Assembly (NCBI GenBank): GCA_963782535.1
Contig: CAWAKE010000009.1
Location: 408,610-472,609, forward strand
Reading direction: 5' to 3'
DNA from: an uncultured delta proteobacterium
GTDB taxonomy: Bacteria; Desulfobacterota; Binatia; Binatales; Binataceae
Length of the DNA stretch: 64,000 bases
The notes under the pieces were generated by a model that made no database searches, was not told where the DNA came from, and saw only the letters and a list, made by a program, of their open reading frames with translations. Each line of letters begins with the position of its first letter. Positions within the stretch are counted from its first letter, which is position 1. Below, piece by piece: positions 21,964-34,020 of the stretch. Position numbers and translations under genes: made by a program.

Positions 21964-24483
21964 ATGCCAGATCTGAATCAGACTCTGCTTGAGTCAAAAT
22001 CACAAAATCTCGGTGCGCTGGTCGAGTTAGCGTTGGACCTGCGAAATTGCTGGAACCACTCGGCCGATCCGTTATGGAGCAGAATCGACCCGGAGCTCTG
22101 GGCACTGACGCACAATCCGTGGGTCGTGTTGCAAACGGCTTCACGAACAAAGCTAAAGGCCTTGGCACGAGACCGTGAATTCGGGCGGGTTATTGGGCAA
22201 CTCCTGAACGGACACCGGAAATCGCTGAAAAACGAAGCTTGGTTTCAGCGCGCGATCGGCGACTCGACGTTGAGTTGCGTTGCCTATTTCAGCATGGAGT
22301 TTGGACTTAGCGAGGCCCTTCCAATCTACTCCGGTGGACTGGGGAACGTAGCGGGCGATCAGCTAAAAGCTGCGAGCGATTTGGGGGTGCCGCTGGTAGG
22401 TGTGGGACTGCTCTATCAGCAGGGTTACTTCCGCCAGGCTATTGACGCCGACGGAACCCAACGGGCACTGCATACTTTCAACGATCCCGGCCAATTGCCC
22501 ATTACCCCGGTACGGAATCAGGATGGCGAGTGGTTCAGATTGATGGTTATACTGCCTGGCCAAAAGCTTTGGCTGCGCGTGTGGCAGGCTCAAGTCGGGC
22601 GCTTGAAGCTTTATCTGCTCGATAGCAACGACCCTGCGAACGCACCCGTCTATCGAGGCATCACCAGCGAGCTATACGGCGGTGGACACGAACTAAGGTT
22701 CGCACAGGAACTGGTACTCGGGATCGGCGGCTGGCGCCTATTACGCGGCCTCGGTTTGACACCGGAAGTCTGCCACTTGAATGAAGGGCACGCGGCGTTT
22801 GCGGTGCTGGAACGCGCGCGAAGTTTCATGGAGGAGCAGGGACAGCCTTTCGAGGTGGCGCTCGCAGTTACGCGTGCCGGAAACCTGTTTACGACACATA
22901 CTCCGGTGGAAGCGGGGTTTGACCGCTTCGCGCCAGACTTGGTTGACCGGTACCTTGGACGATACGCACGAGAACGCCTCGGTATCGAGCTTTCGCATCT
23001 CCTCGCGCTCGGGCGCGCGGTCCCTGACGACCCGAATGAGCCGTTCAACATGGCTTATCTGGCTATTCGCGGCAGTGGCATGATCAACGGTGTCAGCCGT
23101 CTGCATGGCGCGGTCAGTCGGAATATCTTTCAGGGCCTCTTTCCGCGGTGGCCTCAGGCCGAGATTCCAGTCGGTTATGTGACCAATGGCGTGCACACGC
23201 CGACGTGGGATTCGGCGGCTGCGGATACACTTTGGACCGAGGCCTGCGGACGCGAGCGTTGGCGCGATACCATGAAGACGGTCGAAGAAGATATCTGCTG
23301 CGTGACGGATAGCGTGTTGTGGGAACTCCGCACTACGAACCGGCGCGACTTGGTTCGCAGCGTGCGCGAGCGTCTTGCCGGCGAGTTTGCGGCTCGCGGC
23401 GACGATCCGAAAGACGCGGACAGTATATTCGACCCGAATGCCTTGACGCTGGGCTTCGCCCGCCGGTTCGCAACCTACAAACGCCCCAATTTGCTCTTGC
23501 ACGATCCGGACCGGCTCATTCGCCTTTTGACTAATTCCGAACACTCGATTCAACTGGTGATCGCCGGTAAGGCCCATCCGCAAGACACCGCCGGTCAGGC
23601 ACTGATCAAGGCCTGGATCGAGTTCGTCAGGCGTCCTGAAGTAAGGCGCCATGTCGTCTTTCTCAGTGACTACGACCTGGTACTAGCCGAACGACTCGTA
23701 CAGGGCGCCGATCTATGGATCAACACCCCGCGCCGCCCGTGGGAGGCCTGCGGCACGAGCGGAATGAAAGTGCTGGTAAACGGCGGCCTTAATCTTTCCG
23801 AATTGGACGGCTGGTGGGCCGAGGCATATTCGCCTGAGGTCGGCTGGGCCTTGGGCGATGGCAAGGAGCATGGCGACGATCCGGCTTGGGACGCGGTGGA
23901 AGCGGAGCAACTGTACGATCTCCTCGAGAACCAGGTAATTCCGGAGTTTTACCATCGCGACAGCAATGGCATCCCCACCGCATGGGTCGCGCGAATGCGC
24001 GAAAGCATGTCGCGTCTTACGCCGCGTTTCTCGGCCAATCGGGCGGTGCGGGAGTATACGGAGGAATATTATATTCCATTAGCGGCGGCTTATAGCACGC
24101 GCGCGAAGGACCGCGGCGCGCCTGGTAAGTCCCTAATCGAGTGGAAACGGCAGTTGGCCGAGCATTGGGCATCGGTGAAATTCGGCGAATTGCGCGTATC
24201 GAGCTCTGAGCAGTCGCATTCGATCCAGGTCGAGGTTGACCTCGGAATACTGCGTGCCGAGTGGGTGAAAGTGCAATTATATGCCGATCCGATCAACGGA
24301 GAACCGCCCTTCATATCGGAGATGAAGCGGACGCGCGGCGATGCGGCGACTAGCGGATGGCATATCTATACGATCAATGCTCCGGCATCGCGTCCGGCTT
24401 CTGATTATACTCCGCGTATTGTCCCATCATATCCCGGCGCCAGCGTACCGCTAGAAGCTGCCTATATACTCTGGTTTCGCTGA
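21964..24483 (+). CDS. glgP: Alpha-glucan (glycogen/maltodextrin) phosphorylase
   Basis: YFSMEFGL, YSGGLGNVAGD, HLNEGH, FARRFATYKR, PLP-site EACGTSGMK. Confidence 0.96.
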   Translation: MPDLNQTLLESKSQNLGALVELALDLRNCWNHSADPLWSRIDPELWALTHNPWVVLQTASRTKLKALARDREFGRVIGQLLNGHRKSLKNEAWFQRAIGDSTLSCVAYFSMEFGLSEALPIYSGGLGNVAGDQLKAASDLGVPLVGVGLLYQQGYFRQAIDADGTQRALHTFNDPGQLPITPVRNQDGEWFRLMVILPGQKLWLRVWQAQVGRLKLYLLDSNDPANAPVYRGITSELYGGGHELRFAQELVLGIGGWRLLRGLGLTPEVCHLNEGHAAFAVLERARSFMEEQGQPFEVALAVTRAGNLFTTHTPVEAGFDRFAPDLVDRYLGRYARERLGIELSHLLALGRAVPDDPNEPFNMAYLAIRGSGMINGVSRLHGAVSRNIFQGLFPRWPQAEIPVGYVTNGVHTPTWDSAAADTLWTEACGRERWRDTMKTVEEDICCVTDSVLWELRTTNRRDLVRSVRERLAGEFAARGDDPKDADSIFDPNALTLGFARRFATYKRPNLLLHDPDRLIRLLTNSEHSIQLVIAGKAHPQDTAGQALIKAWIEFVRRPEVRRHVVFLSDYDLVLAERLVQGADLWINTPRRPWEACGTSGMKVLVNGGLNLSELDGWWAEAYSPEVGWALGDGKEHGDDPAWDAVEAEQLYDLLENQVIPEFYHRDSNGIPTAWVARMRESMSRLTPRFSANRAVREYTEEYYIPLAAAYSTRAKDRGAPGKSLIEWKRQLAEHWASVKFGELRVSSSEQSHSIQVEVDLGILRAEWVKVQLYADPINGEPPFISEMKRTRGDAATSGWHIYTINAPASRPASDYTPRIVPSYPGASVPLEAAYILWFR

Positions 24484-24578
24484 TGAGCGACGACTGGCAT
24501 CGTAAAGTGAGGCCTGAAATATGCACATAAGCAAACAATCATGCACTTTTTCTCAAGGCACTCCCTGAGAGACACGAC

Positions 24579-26633
24579 ATGGTCAGTTGGTCGCAACTCG
24601 AGGGTTCGCCACAGCCGCTTGGCGCCATGTGGATGAGTTCTGACGAGAGCTTCAACTTTGCCCTGTATTCCCGACATGCGACCGGCGTAACCTTGCTGCT
24701 GTATTCCGCCGACGATCTGGTTAATCCGGCACGGCGTATAGCGCTCAATTATCTAACGCATAAATCAGGGCGGATCTGGCATTATCGGCTGGTTGCCAGC
24801 GACGTTCCCAACGCCCGCTACTATGCATACTCTGTCGAAGGGCCGAATGATCCTCATGGGTCCTGTCACTTCTTCGACCCCGGTAAGGTGTTGCTTGATC
24901 CCTATGCCAAGTCGATATTCTTTCCACCGTCATTTAGCCGCGCCGCGTCCATCGGCCGGGGGTCGAATGCCGGGAGAGCGCCGATTGCCGAGCTTCCGAA
25001 GCACACCGAACCATTCGAGTGGAATGAAGAGTCCCGGCCAATTCACTGCGCAGACGCCATTATTTATGAATTGCATGTAAGGGGCTTTTCGAGGCGCCCC
25101 AACTCGGGCGTGACCGCGGACAACCGTGGAACCTATGCAGGCGTGGTCGAGAAAATTCCCTACTTGAAGGAACTGGGAATTACGGTCGTAGAACTAATGC
25201 CGGTATTCCAGTACGACCCGGACGAAGGAAACTATTGGGGCTATATGCCCTTGAGCTTCTTTTCGCCGCACCAAGGATATTCCGCGAATCCAGGCGCAGT
25301 GCAAGCAGCGAATGAATTCAAGGCGATGGTCAACGCGCTACATCGCGCAGGACTCGAAGTAGTTCTCGACGTCGTTTACAACCACACTTCGGAAGCCGGG
25401 ATTGACGGTCCCACCTACAGTTATCGTGGCATCTGCAATAGCAGCTACTATCTCCTCGACGAGACTATGATGCATTACCGCAATGATACGGGTGCCGGTA
25501 ATGTGCTTCGGTCCGCCCATCCGATAGTGCGAAGGATGATAATCGACAGCTTGCGCTTCTGGGTGCGTGAGATGCATGTCGATGGGTTTAGATTCGACCT
25601 TGCCTCGATTTTCAGCCGCAATAGCGATGGATCAATCAATCTCGACGATCCACCAATCATCTCGGAAATCACCAGCGATGAGGAATTCAGCGCGATCCGC
25701 CACATCGCGGAAGCATGGGATCCTGGTAGTTACGAATTGGGGCGTAGTTTTCCAGGCAGATCGTGGAGCCAATGGAACGGCAGATTCCGCGATGACGTGC
25801 GCAGTTTTGTCAAGGGTGACTGTGGCAAGGTCGGGGAGCTGATGAACCGGATTTATGGCAGTGCCGATTTGTTTCCGGACGATCTCGACAATGCGTACCA
25901 TCCTGGCCAGACAATTAACTACGTAGCTTCTCACGATGGCTTCAGCCTTTATGATCTGGTCGCTTACAATAGCAAGCAAAATTTCGCCAATGGCGAAGAC
26001 AATCGCGACGGGACTGATAATAATCTGAGCTGGAACTGCGGTTGGGATGGCGATCAAGACGTCCCAGCGGAAATAATGAAGCTGCGCAAACAGCAAATAA
26101 AAAATTTCTTCACGATTCTGATGCTCTCGAACGGAACTCCCATGTTCCGGGCCGGCGATGAGTTTATGGACACGCAAGCCGGGAACAATAACCCCTGGAA
26201 TCAGGATAATGAGACCAGTTGGCTGGACTGGGATCGCTTGGAGAAGCACGGTGATATTTTTCGGTTTTGCAAGGGAATGATCGCGTTTCGCAAAGCGCAT
26301 CCGTCTTTGGCGCGCAGCCGCTTCTGGCGCGACGATATTCGATGGTACGGGGTCAACCGTCAGGTCGATTTGGATTATTATTCACATAGCCTGGCATTTT
26401 GTTTACACGGCAAATCACAGCAGGATCGAGACATCTATGTAATGATTAATGCGTATTGGATGGATTTGAAATTTGGAATTCAGGAGGGTGGAGCTGGGGA
26501 TTGGCTACGAGTCGTCGACACCAGTGAACCGAGTCCTCTCGATCTGGCGCAGCCTGGCAGCGAAACGTCACTCATGTCGCTTGAATACACCGTCAAAGCC
26601 AGGTCCGTCGTGGTGCTGCTCGGAAGCGCATGA
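24579..26633 (+). CDS. glgX: Second isoamylase / GlgX-like debranching enzyme
   Basis: NFALYSRHA, NYWGYMP, DVVYNHT, DGFRFDLAS, IAEAWD, ASHDGF, GNNNPWNQDN. Confidence 0.88.
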   Translation: MVSWSQLEGSPQPLGAMWMSSDESFNFALYSRHATGVTLLLYSADDLVNPARRIALNYLTHKSGRIWHYRLVASDVPNARYYAYSVEGPNDPHGSCHFFDPGKVLLDPYAKSIFFPPSFSRAASIGRGSNAGRAPIAELPKHTEPFEWNEESRPIHCADAIIYELHVRGFSRRPNSGVTADNRGTYAGVVEKIPYLKELGITVVELMPVFQYDPDEGNYWGYMPLSFFSPHQGYSANPGAVQAANEFKAMVNALHRAGLEVVLDVVYNHTSEAGIDGPTYSYRGICNSSYYLLDETMMHYRNDTGAGNVLRSAHPIVRRMIIDSLRFWVREMHVDGFRFDLASIFSRNSDGSINLDDPPIISEITSDEEFSAIRHIAEAWDPGSYELGRSFPGRSWSQWNGRFRDDVRSFVKGDCGKVGELMNRIYGSADLFPDDLDNAYHPGQTINYVASHDGFSLYDLVAYNSKQNFANGEDNRDGTDNNLSWNCGWDGDQDVPAEIMKLRKQQIKNFFTILMLSNGTPMFRAGDEFMDTQAGNNNPWNQDNETSWLDWDRLEKHGDIFRFCKGMIAFRKAHPSLARSRFWRDDIRWYGVNRQVDLDYYSHSLAFCLHGKSQQDRDIYVMINAYWMDLKFGIQEGGAGDWLRVVDTSEPSPLDLAQPGSETSLMSLEYTVKARSVVVLLGSA

Positions 26634-26674
26634 GGGGACGGGTCATCGTGTAATGGAAACAGGAGCTCTCGATC

Positions 26675-27136
26675 ATGTCATATCCCTACAAGCAGATAGT
26701 ATGTCCCGTTGATTTCGACGAGTGCTCAAGCGAAGCTCTCAGAGAAGCGGGAACTCTCGCCTTGGAGCGTGGGTGCACAGTACATGTGCTGCACGCAGTG
26801 CAAATCAACCCGCTGGTAGATCAAGGGGCGGCTGAAGGGTTTTCAGCTCAGGAAATGTATGAGACCCAGCTTGAAGATGCGCGCAAAAAAGTTGAGCAGA
26901 TGCTGACCGCACTGCCGCCAGAGGTTAAGAGGGAGGTGGTAGTGGAAATCGGCGAGCCTGGGGATGTAATTCTCAACGTGGAAAAGCGCCTTGATGCGGG
27001 CCTGGTCGTTATGGCCACCCATGGAAGAAGAGGCCTTAAGCATCTGGTGCTCGGAAGTATAGCTGAACGCGTCGTGCGAGATTCGTTAGTCCCGGTACTC
27101 ACGGTTCGGCAAAGCTCCAACCGGCGTTCGAGCTAG
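26675..27136 (+). CDS. Universal stress protein
   Basis: IVCPVDFDECS, VVMATHGRRGLKHLVLGSIAERVVR..PVLTV. Confidence 0.93.
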   Translation: MSYPYKQIVCPVDFDECSSEALREAGTLALERGCTVHVLHAVQINPLVDQGAAEGFSAQEMYETQLEDARKKVEQMLTALPPEVKREVVVEIGEPGDVILNVEKRLDAGLVVMATHGRRGLKHLVLGSIAERVVRDSLVPVLTVRQSSNRRSS

Positions 27137-27266
27137 GACTCTCGTAAGCTGACAATATTTTCGCCGGCGGGTTATCCGTCGCAGACGACGTATTGAGTAA
27201 GCATTGTGGAGGAGCACCGGCCGCGTCCGCAAGTGCAACTCTATAGCCACGGTCGCGAGCGAGTGT

Positions 27267-28937
27267 TCAATGGGCAGATGTGGCGGCGCTGCCAGTACGC
27301 GTACGCTGTAACAGCAAAAATGAAGGAATCAGCAAGATCATTACGATCGCCAGCATTCGGTAAATCTCGTTGAACGAGAGCATTGCCGCTTGCGCCTGGA
27401 TCGCGCCATAAACTAACCCTAGCCCCTGCTTCTGGCCGGTGACGATTTGCGGCAAATAATGGAACTGCGGTGACCCCGGTTGAGGCCGCGCCATATTACT
27501 GAGTCGCCAGGCGTCGAAAACCGAGAAGTGTTCAACCAACCTTGATTGGTGAATTTGCTGTTGGCTGATCAACACGTTGGTCATGTATGAAATTCCGACC
27601 GCCGCCCCAGTGTTACGCATCATGTTGAACAGGCTTGACGCATAGCCCATCCGTTCGTGCGTGACGCACGATAGCGCGGCTGCCGATGCGGTGGGGAAAA
27701 TCATCCCGAGACCTAACCCCATTATGGTGTTCGGCCAAACCACCGCCCACATGCTTACTTGCAGATTCCAGCCAGACATCGCCCATAGCGCGATAGCCAC
27801 TAGAGTGAACCCGCCGCCAATGAATCCGCGGGTGTCGGCGCGCGTACGTGCTAATTGGCCCACGATCATCATGGAGAACATCGATCCGAGCCCGCGCGGG
27901 GCTTGCACGAGGCCAGCCTTCCATGCGTTGTAGCCCATGAGCTCCTGCAAGAAGACGGGATTCAGTAAGAGGCTGCCGAACAGCACAAAGCTCATACCGA
28001 CGATGACAACGACCGAAGTGGTAAAGGAGCGCTCCTTGAGAATTCGCAGATCGACTATCGGATCGCTGGAGTGCAACTCGCCGTATCCGAGCACTATAAA
28101 GGACAGCACTGAGATCGCAGTCGCGTAAACCACCCATGGCGAAGCGAACCAGTCCGCGCGCTGGCCGCGGTCGAGCACAATCTGGAGCAGGCCGAGACTG
28201 AGCACAAGGGAAAGAATACCGAGATAGTCAACGCGGCCGCCTCGTGCGCGGCGTTCACGCATGAAAGGCGGATCGTGCACAAACACCATTACCATCAGAA
28301 ATGCGATCGCCCCGAGCGGTAGATTGATATAAAAATTCCAGCGCCAGTTCCAGTTGTCAGTGATCCAACCGCCCAGTGTCGGACCCAGGATCGGCGCGAC
28401 CATCAACCCCATTCCCCATACCGCCATACCCATTTGCTGCTCTTGAGGGGGGAAGGTCTCCATCAGGATAGCTTGCGATGACGGAATCATGGCAGCACCC
28501 GCGGCGCCCTGCACCAGCCGGAAAACTACCATCGTCGCTAGCGAAGGAGCCGCACCACATAGCGCGGATGCGGCAACGAAAATTGCCATGGACAACAGGA
28601 AATAGCGCTTGCGCCCGAAGCGTGACGAGATCCACCCGGTCATCGGAATCATGACGCCATTCGCGACCAGGTAGCTGGTCAGCACCCAGGCGATCTCATC
28701 GACGCTCGCCGAAAACGTCCCCTGCATGTGAGGTAACGCGACGTTGATGATCGAAGTGTCGAGTACCTCGAGCGTGGTACCGAGCATGACCGCGATCGCG
28801 ATCAACCATTTGTGAGTGTCCGGAGAATGGGCCGGCGTCAATTGAGCCGTGCTCGAACTATGATCTGGCGCATTCACCGATGCATCGCTCATTTCCATGG
28901 CGCCGCGTCCATCCCGTTTTCCTCGCTCGGGAGGCAA
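27267..28937 (-). CDS. DHA2 (EmrB/QacA) family MFS efflux permease
   Basis: LEVLDTSIINVALP, WVLTSYLVANG, APILGPTLGGWITDNWNWRWNFYINLP; many hydrophobic helices. Confidence 0.92.
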   Translation of the reverse strand: MPPERGKRDGRGAMEMSDASVNAPDHSSSTAQLTPAHSPDTHKWLIAIAVMLGTTLEVLDTSIINVALPHMQGTFSASVDEIAWVLTSYLVANGVMIPMTGWISSRFGRKRYFLLSMAIFVAASALCGAAPSLATMVVFRLVQGAAGAAMIPSSQAILMETFPPQEQQMGMAVWGMGLMVAPILGPTLGGWITDNWNWRWNFYINLPLGAIAFLMVMVFVHDPPFMRERRARGGRVDYLGILSLVLSLGLLQIVLDRGQRADWFASPWVVYATAISVLSFIVLGYGELHSSDPIVDLRILKERSFTTSVVVIVGMSFVLFGSLLLNPVFLQELMGYNAWKAGLVQAPRGLGSMFSMMIVGQLARTRADTRGFIGGGFTLVAIALWAMSGWNLQVSMWAVVWPNTIMGLGLGMIFPTASAAALSCVTHERMGYASSLFNMMRNTGAAVGISYMTNVLISQQQIHQSRLVEHFSVFDAWRLSNMARPQPGSPQFHYLPQIVTGQKQGLGLVYGAIQAQAAMLSFNEIYRMLAIVMILLIPSFLLLQRTRTGSAATSAH

Positions 28938-29053
28938 TTCGAATCGATATGGATATCACTGTAGCGCCAGGCAGACTTCGGCGGCCGCGATCGTATTTTC
29001 GACGACGTGAGGGAATAGCGCTGCACTGCGCAAACCGATTCGCAGGCGGCTAG

Positions 29054-30608
29054 GAGTCCGTCCGAGAAATTTCGCCGGTTAAGTTGATCTCCGGATTGGA
29101 GCGATTGGCTATTGATGATGCCGGTCGCCCCAGGATCCTGCGAAGCGCCGGCTGGTCGGCTGGCGACTACAAAGAGGTGCGCGTTTTGCTGCGGTATTTC
29201 TCGTGACCGCCTGGATGACGGTTACGCATTGCAGAGCCGGTGCAACTTCAAAATGTTGTGGGTGAGACAGACCAGCGCCCACTCGCCCCGGACTTTAGCC
29301 AAGCCGCGCAAAAGAAAGCGGCGAAACCCGCGGGCCTCTTTGATCTGGCCGAAGACCGGCTCCACGATCGTTTTCCGTGTCACATAGATTGCCCGCCCCA
29401 CCTTAGTCTGAAGCTTGCGTTTCATGCGGTCGACCCGCGTCGCATTGCGCGGTAACGGTCCGCGCGAGCAGGGCTGGCGGTATTCGTCATGCTTCTGCTT
29501 GCCAGTCGCGATATAGCAATCGATCGGGTCTCCAGACTGACCGAGAGCCGCCAGATACGCGAGGTTCTTCTCCGAGCAATAGCCACTGTCGGCCACGAGG
29601 CCGGTGGGTCGCTGTCCGCTCTGTTGCTCGATCACCTGGACCATCGGTTCGATTTGCTGTTTATCGTTGGCTGCCGGCGTCACGCTCTGCCCCACGATTA
29701 ACTGCAACACCGGCTCCACTGCCGCCTGCGCATTGTAGCCTTGCACCAGACCGTCGCTGCCCTGCATCAGGCGCGACTCCGGGTCGGTGAAATTGTATTG
29801 ATCTTTGTCCGCGGGCTTCGCCGATTGCACTTCTGCGCGCGGCTTTCCGGCCTTCTCCGCCGACTGCCGCGCCCGCTCTTCCAGCGCCCGTTGCGCCGCG
29901 CGAATCTTCCTTAGCCGGCTCTCGCGCCGCTGCAACTCTGCGGGTAGCTCGTCGCCCCGCCGATCGGCCCCGTAGTGCGCGTCTTCGGCGGCGTCCACCG
30001 CCTCGGCCTGGGCCAGCAGTTCCCGGACCTCTGCGCGCAGTTGCCGTTGCCGCTCCTGCATCCGGCCATAGCTCATCGCTTTGTGCTTGCTGGCGTTGGC
30101 TTTCAGCTTGGTGCCGTCCAACGCCACCCGCCCCAGTTTCAGCGCTCCCGCTTCCAGCGCGATCTTCAGCACCTCTTCAAACAGCCCGGCCAGCGTCGCC
30201 AGATGGAGCTTGCGAAAATCTGCGATGGTACGGAAGTTCGGCGCGTTGCCCGCCGCCAGCACGCGAAACCCCACGTCCTCGATTAAACGCCGCTCGATGC
30301 GCCGCGAGCTAAATACCCCCACGCAATACCCATACACCAGCACCTTGGTCATCATCCGCGGATCGTAGGGCGGCTGCCCGCGTTGCTCGTCCCCATACGC
30401 CGCATCCAGCGCCGATAGGTTCAGATTGTCGACCACATCGCTGACGAAGTAGACCAGATGATTCTCGGGCAACCATTCACGCAGGCTCGGGGGAAGCAGA
30501 AACTCTTGATCCGGATGGTACGGTCGGTAGCTCTTACCCATGCCTAATTATCTACTACTCACACCCCGTTTTCTTCCTCAGTCAAATAACTATTTCTCGG
30601 ACACGCTC
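29054..30608 (-). mobile_element. Complete IS1182-family insertion sequence (1555 bp)
   Basis: 17-bp terminal inverted repeats GAGTCCGTCCGAGAAAT (29054-29070) and ATTTCTCGGACACGCTC (30592-30608), matching at 14/17, flanked by CTAG direct repeats (29050-29053, 30609-30612). Confidence 0.9.
29222..30541 (-). CDS. IS1182 family transposase
   Basis: LLPPSLREWLPENHLVYFV, PPYDPRMM, ALDGTKLKANAS, NFTDPESR, ADSGY, RKTIVEPVFGQIK. Confidence 0.95.
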   Translation of the reverse strand: MGKSYRPYHPDQEFLLPPSLREWLPENHLVYFVSDVVDNLNLSALDAAYGDEQRGQPPYDPRMMTKVLVYGYCVGVFSSRRIERRLIEDVGFRVLAAGNAPNFRTIADFRKLHLATLAGLFEEVLKIALEAGALKLGRVALDGTKLKANASKHKAMSYGRMQERQRQLRAEVRELLAQAEAVDAAEDAHYGADRRGDELPAELQRRESRLRKIRAAQRALEERARQSAEKAGKPRAEVQSAKPADKDQYNFTDPESRLMQGSDGLVQGYNAQAAVEPVLQLIVGQSVTPAANDKQQIEPMVQVIEQQSGQRPTGLVADSGYCSEKNLAYLAALGQSGDPIDCYIATGKQKHDEYRQPCSRGPLPRNATRVDRMKRKLQTKVGRAIYVTRKTIVEPVFGQIKEARGFRRFLLRGLAKVRGEWALVCLTHNILKLHRLCNA

Positions 30609-31730
30609 CTAGTCTTCGAGGTGGTAAAAGCGGGCCGGGTTCGCGGTCATGATATTGTGGCGTGCGGCTTCGGGCAGGACCTTCACCGCGTTCTGTATCT
30701 GCTTCACCACCCCGGGATAGGTGCAGTCGAAGTGAGGGAAGTCGGAACCCCACAGGATGTTGCGATCGAAGCCGAGTTCGCACATCGCGGCGAGCGTCCG
30801 TTCGTCAGGATCAAATGACAGGTAGCACTGCTCCCTGAAATATTCGGTCGGCGGCTTCTTGAGCCACGGTGCCATCGAACCCATTTTTTCGTAATGACCG
30901 TCCATTCGATCGAGCCAGTAGCCGGCCCAACCCACGCCCGACTCCAGGAAGCCAATCCTCAATTTCGGGAACCTCTCAAGCACGCCGCCGCAAATCACAT
31001 CCATGCAGGCGGCCTGCTGCTCAAACGGATGACAAATCATGTGAAATGAAAAGGTGTCGTGCAGGTAGCGGTCCGCACCAAGCGCGGGCATCTTGGTGCC
31101 GAAACTCGAATGCACCGCGACGGGGATATCGAGCTCCTGGGCCTCGCGCCAGAAAACGTCATAAGCCGGGTCGCACAGACGCCGATGATTGTATGGATTC
31201 GGCCGGATAAAGACCGCTTTGAAATTGAGATCTTTGACCACGCGGCGCATCTCGTGCACGGCCATGTCGATATCCTGGATTGGCATTGGAGCGACCCCAT
31301 AGAGCCGCTTCGGGTAGGGCCGGCAGAAATCCGCCATCCAGTTGTTATAGGCACGGCAGGCCGCGCCGGCGAGGCGCGGATCGTCGAGGTCGCCGTAAAT
31401 CAGATAAAAGGAGGGATAGAGAAACGAAACGTCGATGCCTTCTTCGTCCAGCACCTTGACGCGGGCCTCGGGATCCCAACTGCCCGGTAGGATGTCCTCC
31501 CACGCGGCGACGCGGGTGCGCGCCGGATCGAGATAGCCCCCGGGAATTACCGATGCGACGATCGAACCGCCCGGTCCGCGCCGCCGCTCGCCATTTACCC
31601 AGAACTCGTCGACCCCGTCCGCGTTGCGTTGAATTCGCAGGACACGATCGCGGAATTCAGGTTCGACGTACTCTTCCCAAAGCTTGCGCGGCTCTACGAT
31701 GTGACCATCGGCGTCGATTACGCGGGCCAT
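30609..31730 (-). CDS. Amidohydrolase family protein (Amidohydro_2)
   Basis: IDADGHIVEP, PVAVH, GGVLERFPKLRIGFLESG, WGSDFPHFD. Confidence 0.9.
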   Translation of the reverse strand: MARVIDADGHIVEPRKLWEEYVEPEFRDRVLRIQRNADGVDEFWVNGERRRGPGGSIVASVIPGGYLDPARTRVAAWEDILPGSWDPEARVKVLDEEGIDVSFLYPSFYLIYGDLDDPRLAGAACRAYNNWMADFCRPYPKRLYGVAPMPIQDIDMAVHEMRRVVKDLNFKAVFIRPNPYNHRRLCDPAYDVFWREAQELDIPVAVHSSFGTKMPALGADRYLHDTFSFHMICHPFEQQAACMDVICGGVLERFPKLRIGFLESGVGWAGYWLDRMDGHYEKMGSMAPWLKKPPTEYFREQCYLSFDPDERTLAAMCELGFDRNILWGSDFPHFDCTYPGVVKQIQNAVKVLPEAARHNIMTANPARFYHLED

Positions 31731-31816
31731 CGGTAATGACCTCCGGATAAATCTGGCTGCTTGGAGTGCAATACCAATGGCAGTAATTTGTCAAGCGAGG
31801 GTCAGTCACTCTCGCG

Positions 31817-33768
<1,952 letters not shown>

Positions 33769-34020
33769 CAGGACCGATCTTTCGCTCGCGCCATACTCGT
33801 CCGGTTATTGCATTTCGTCATCGAGTCTTGCTCCAAGGCTTCCAGCCGATGCACATTGGCATGCCGAATTTGAATATCATAGTGAGATTTCTGCGCGCGA
33901 TCAGCGGACACCTCGGCCGTGACTGAACTCCGCCAGCAATCGCCGGCGCAAAAAGGCGCTCAACGGTTCCCGGCAGGCGCGCATCCCGAATCTGTACCGT
34001 AACCGCGATTATCAGAACGG

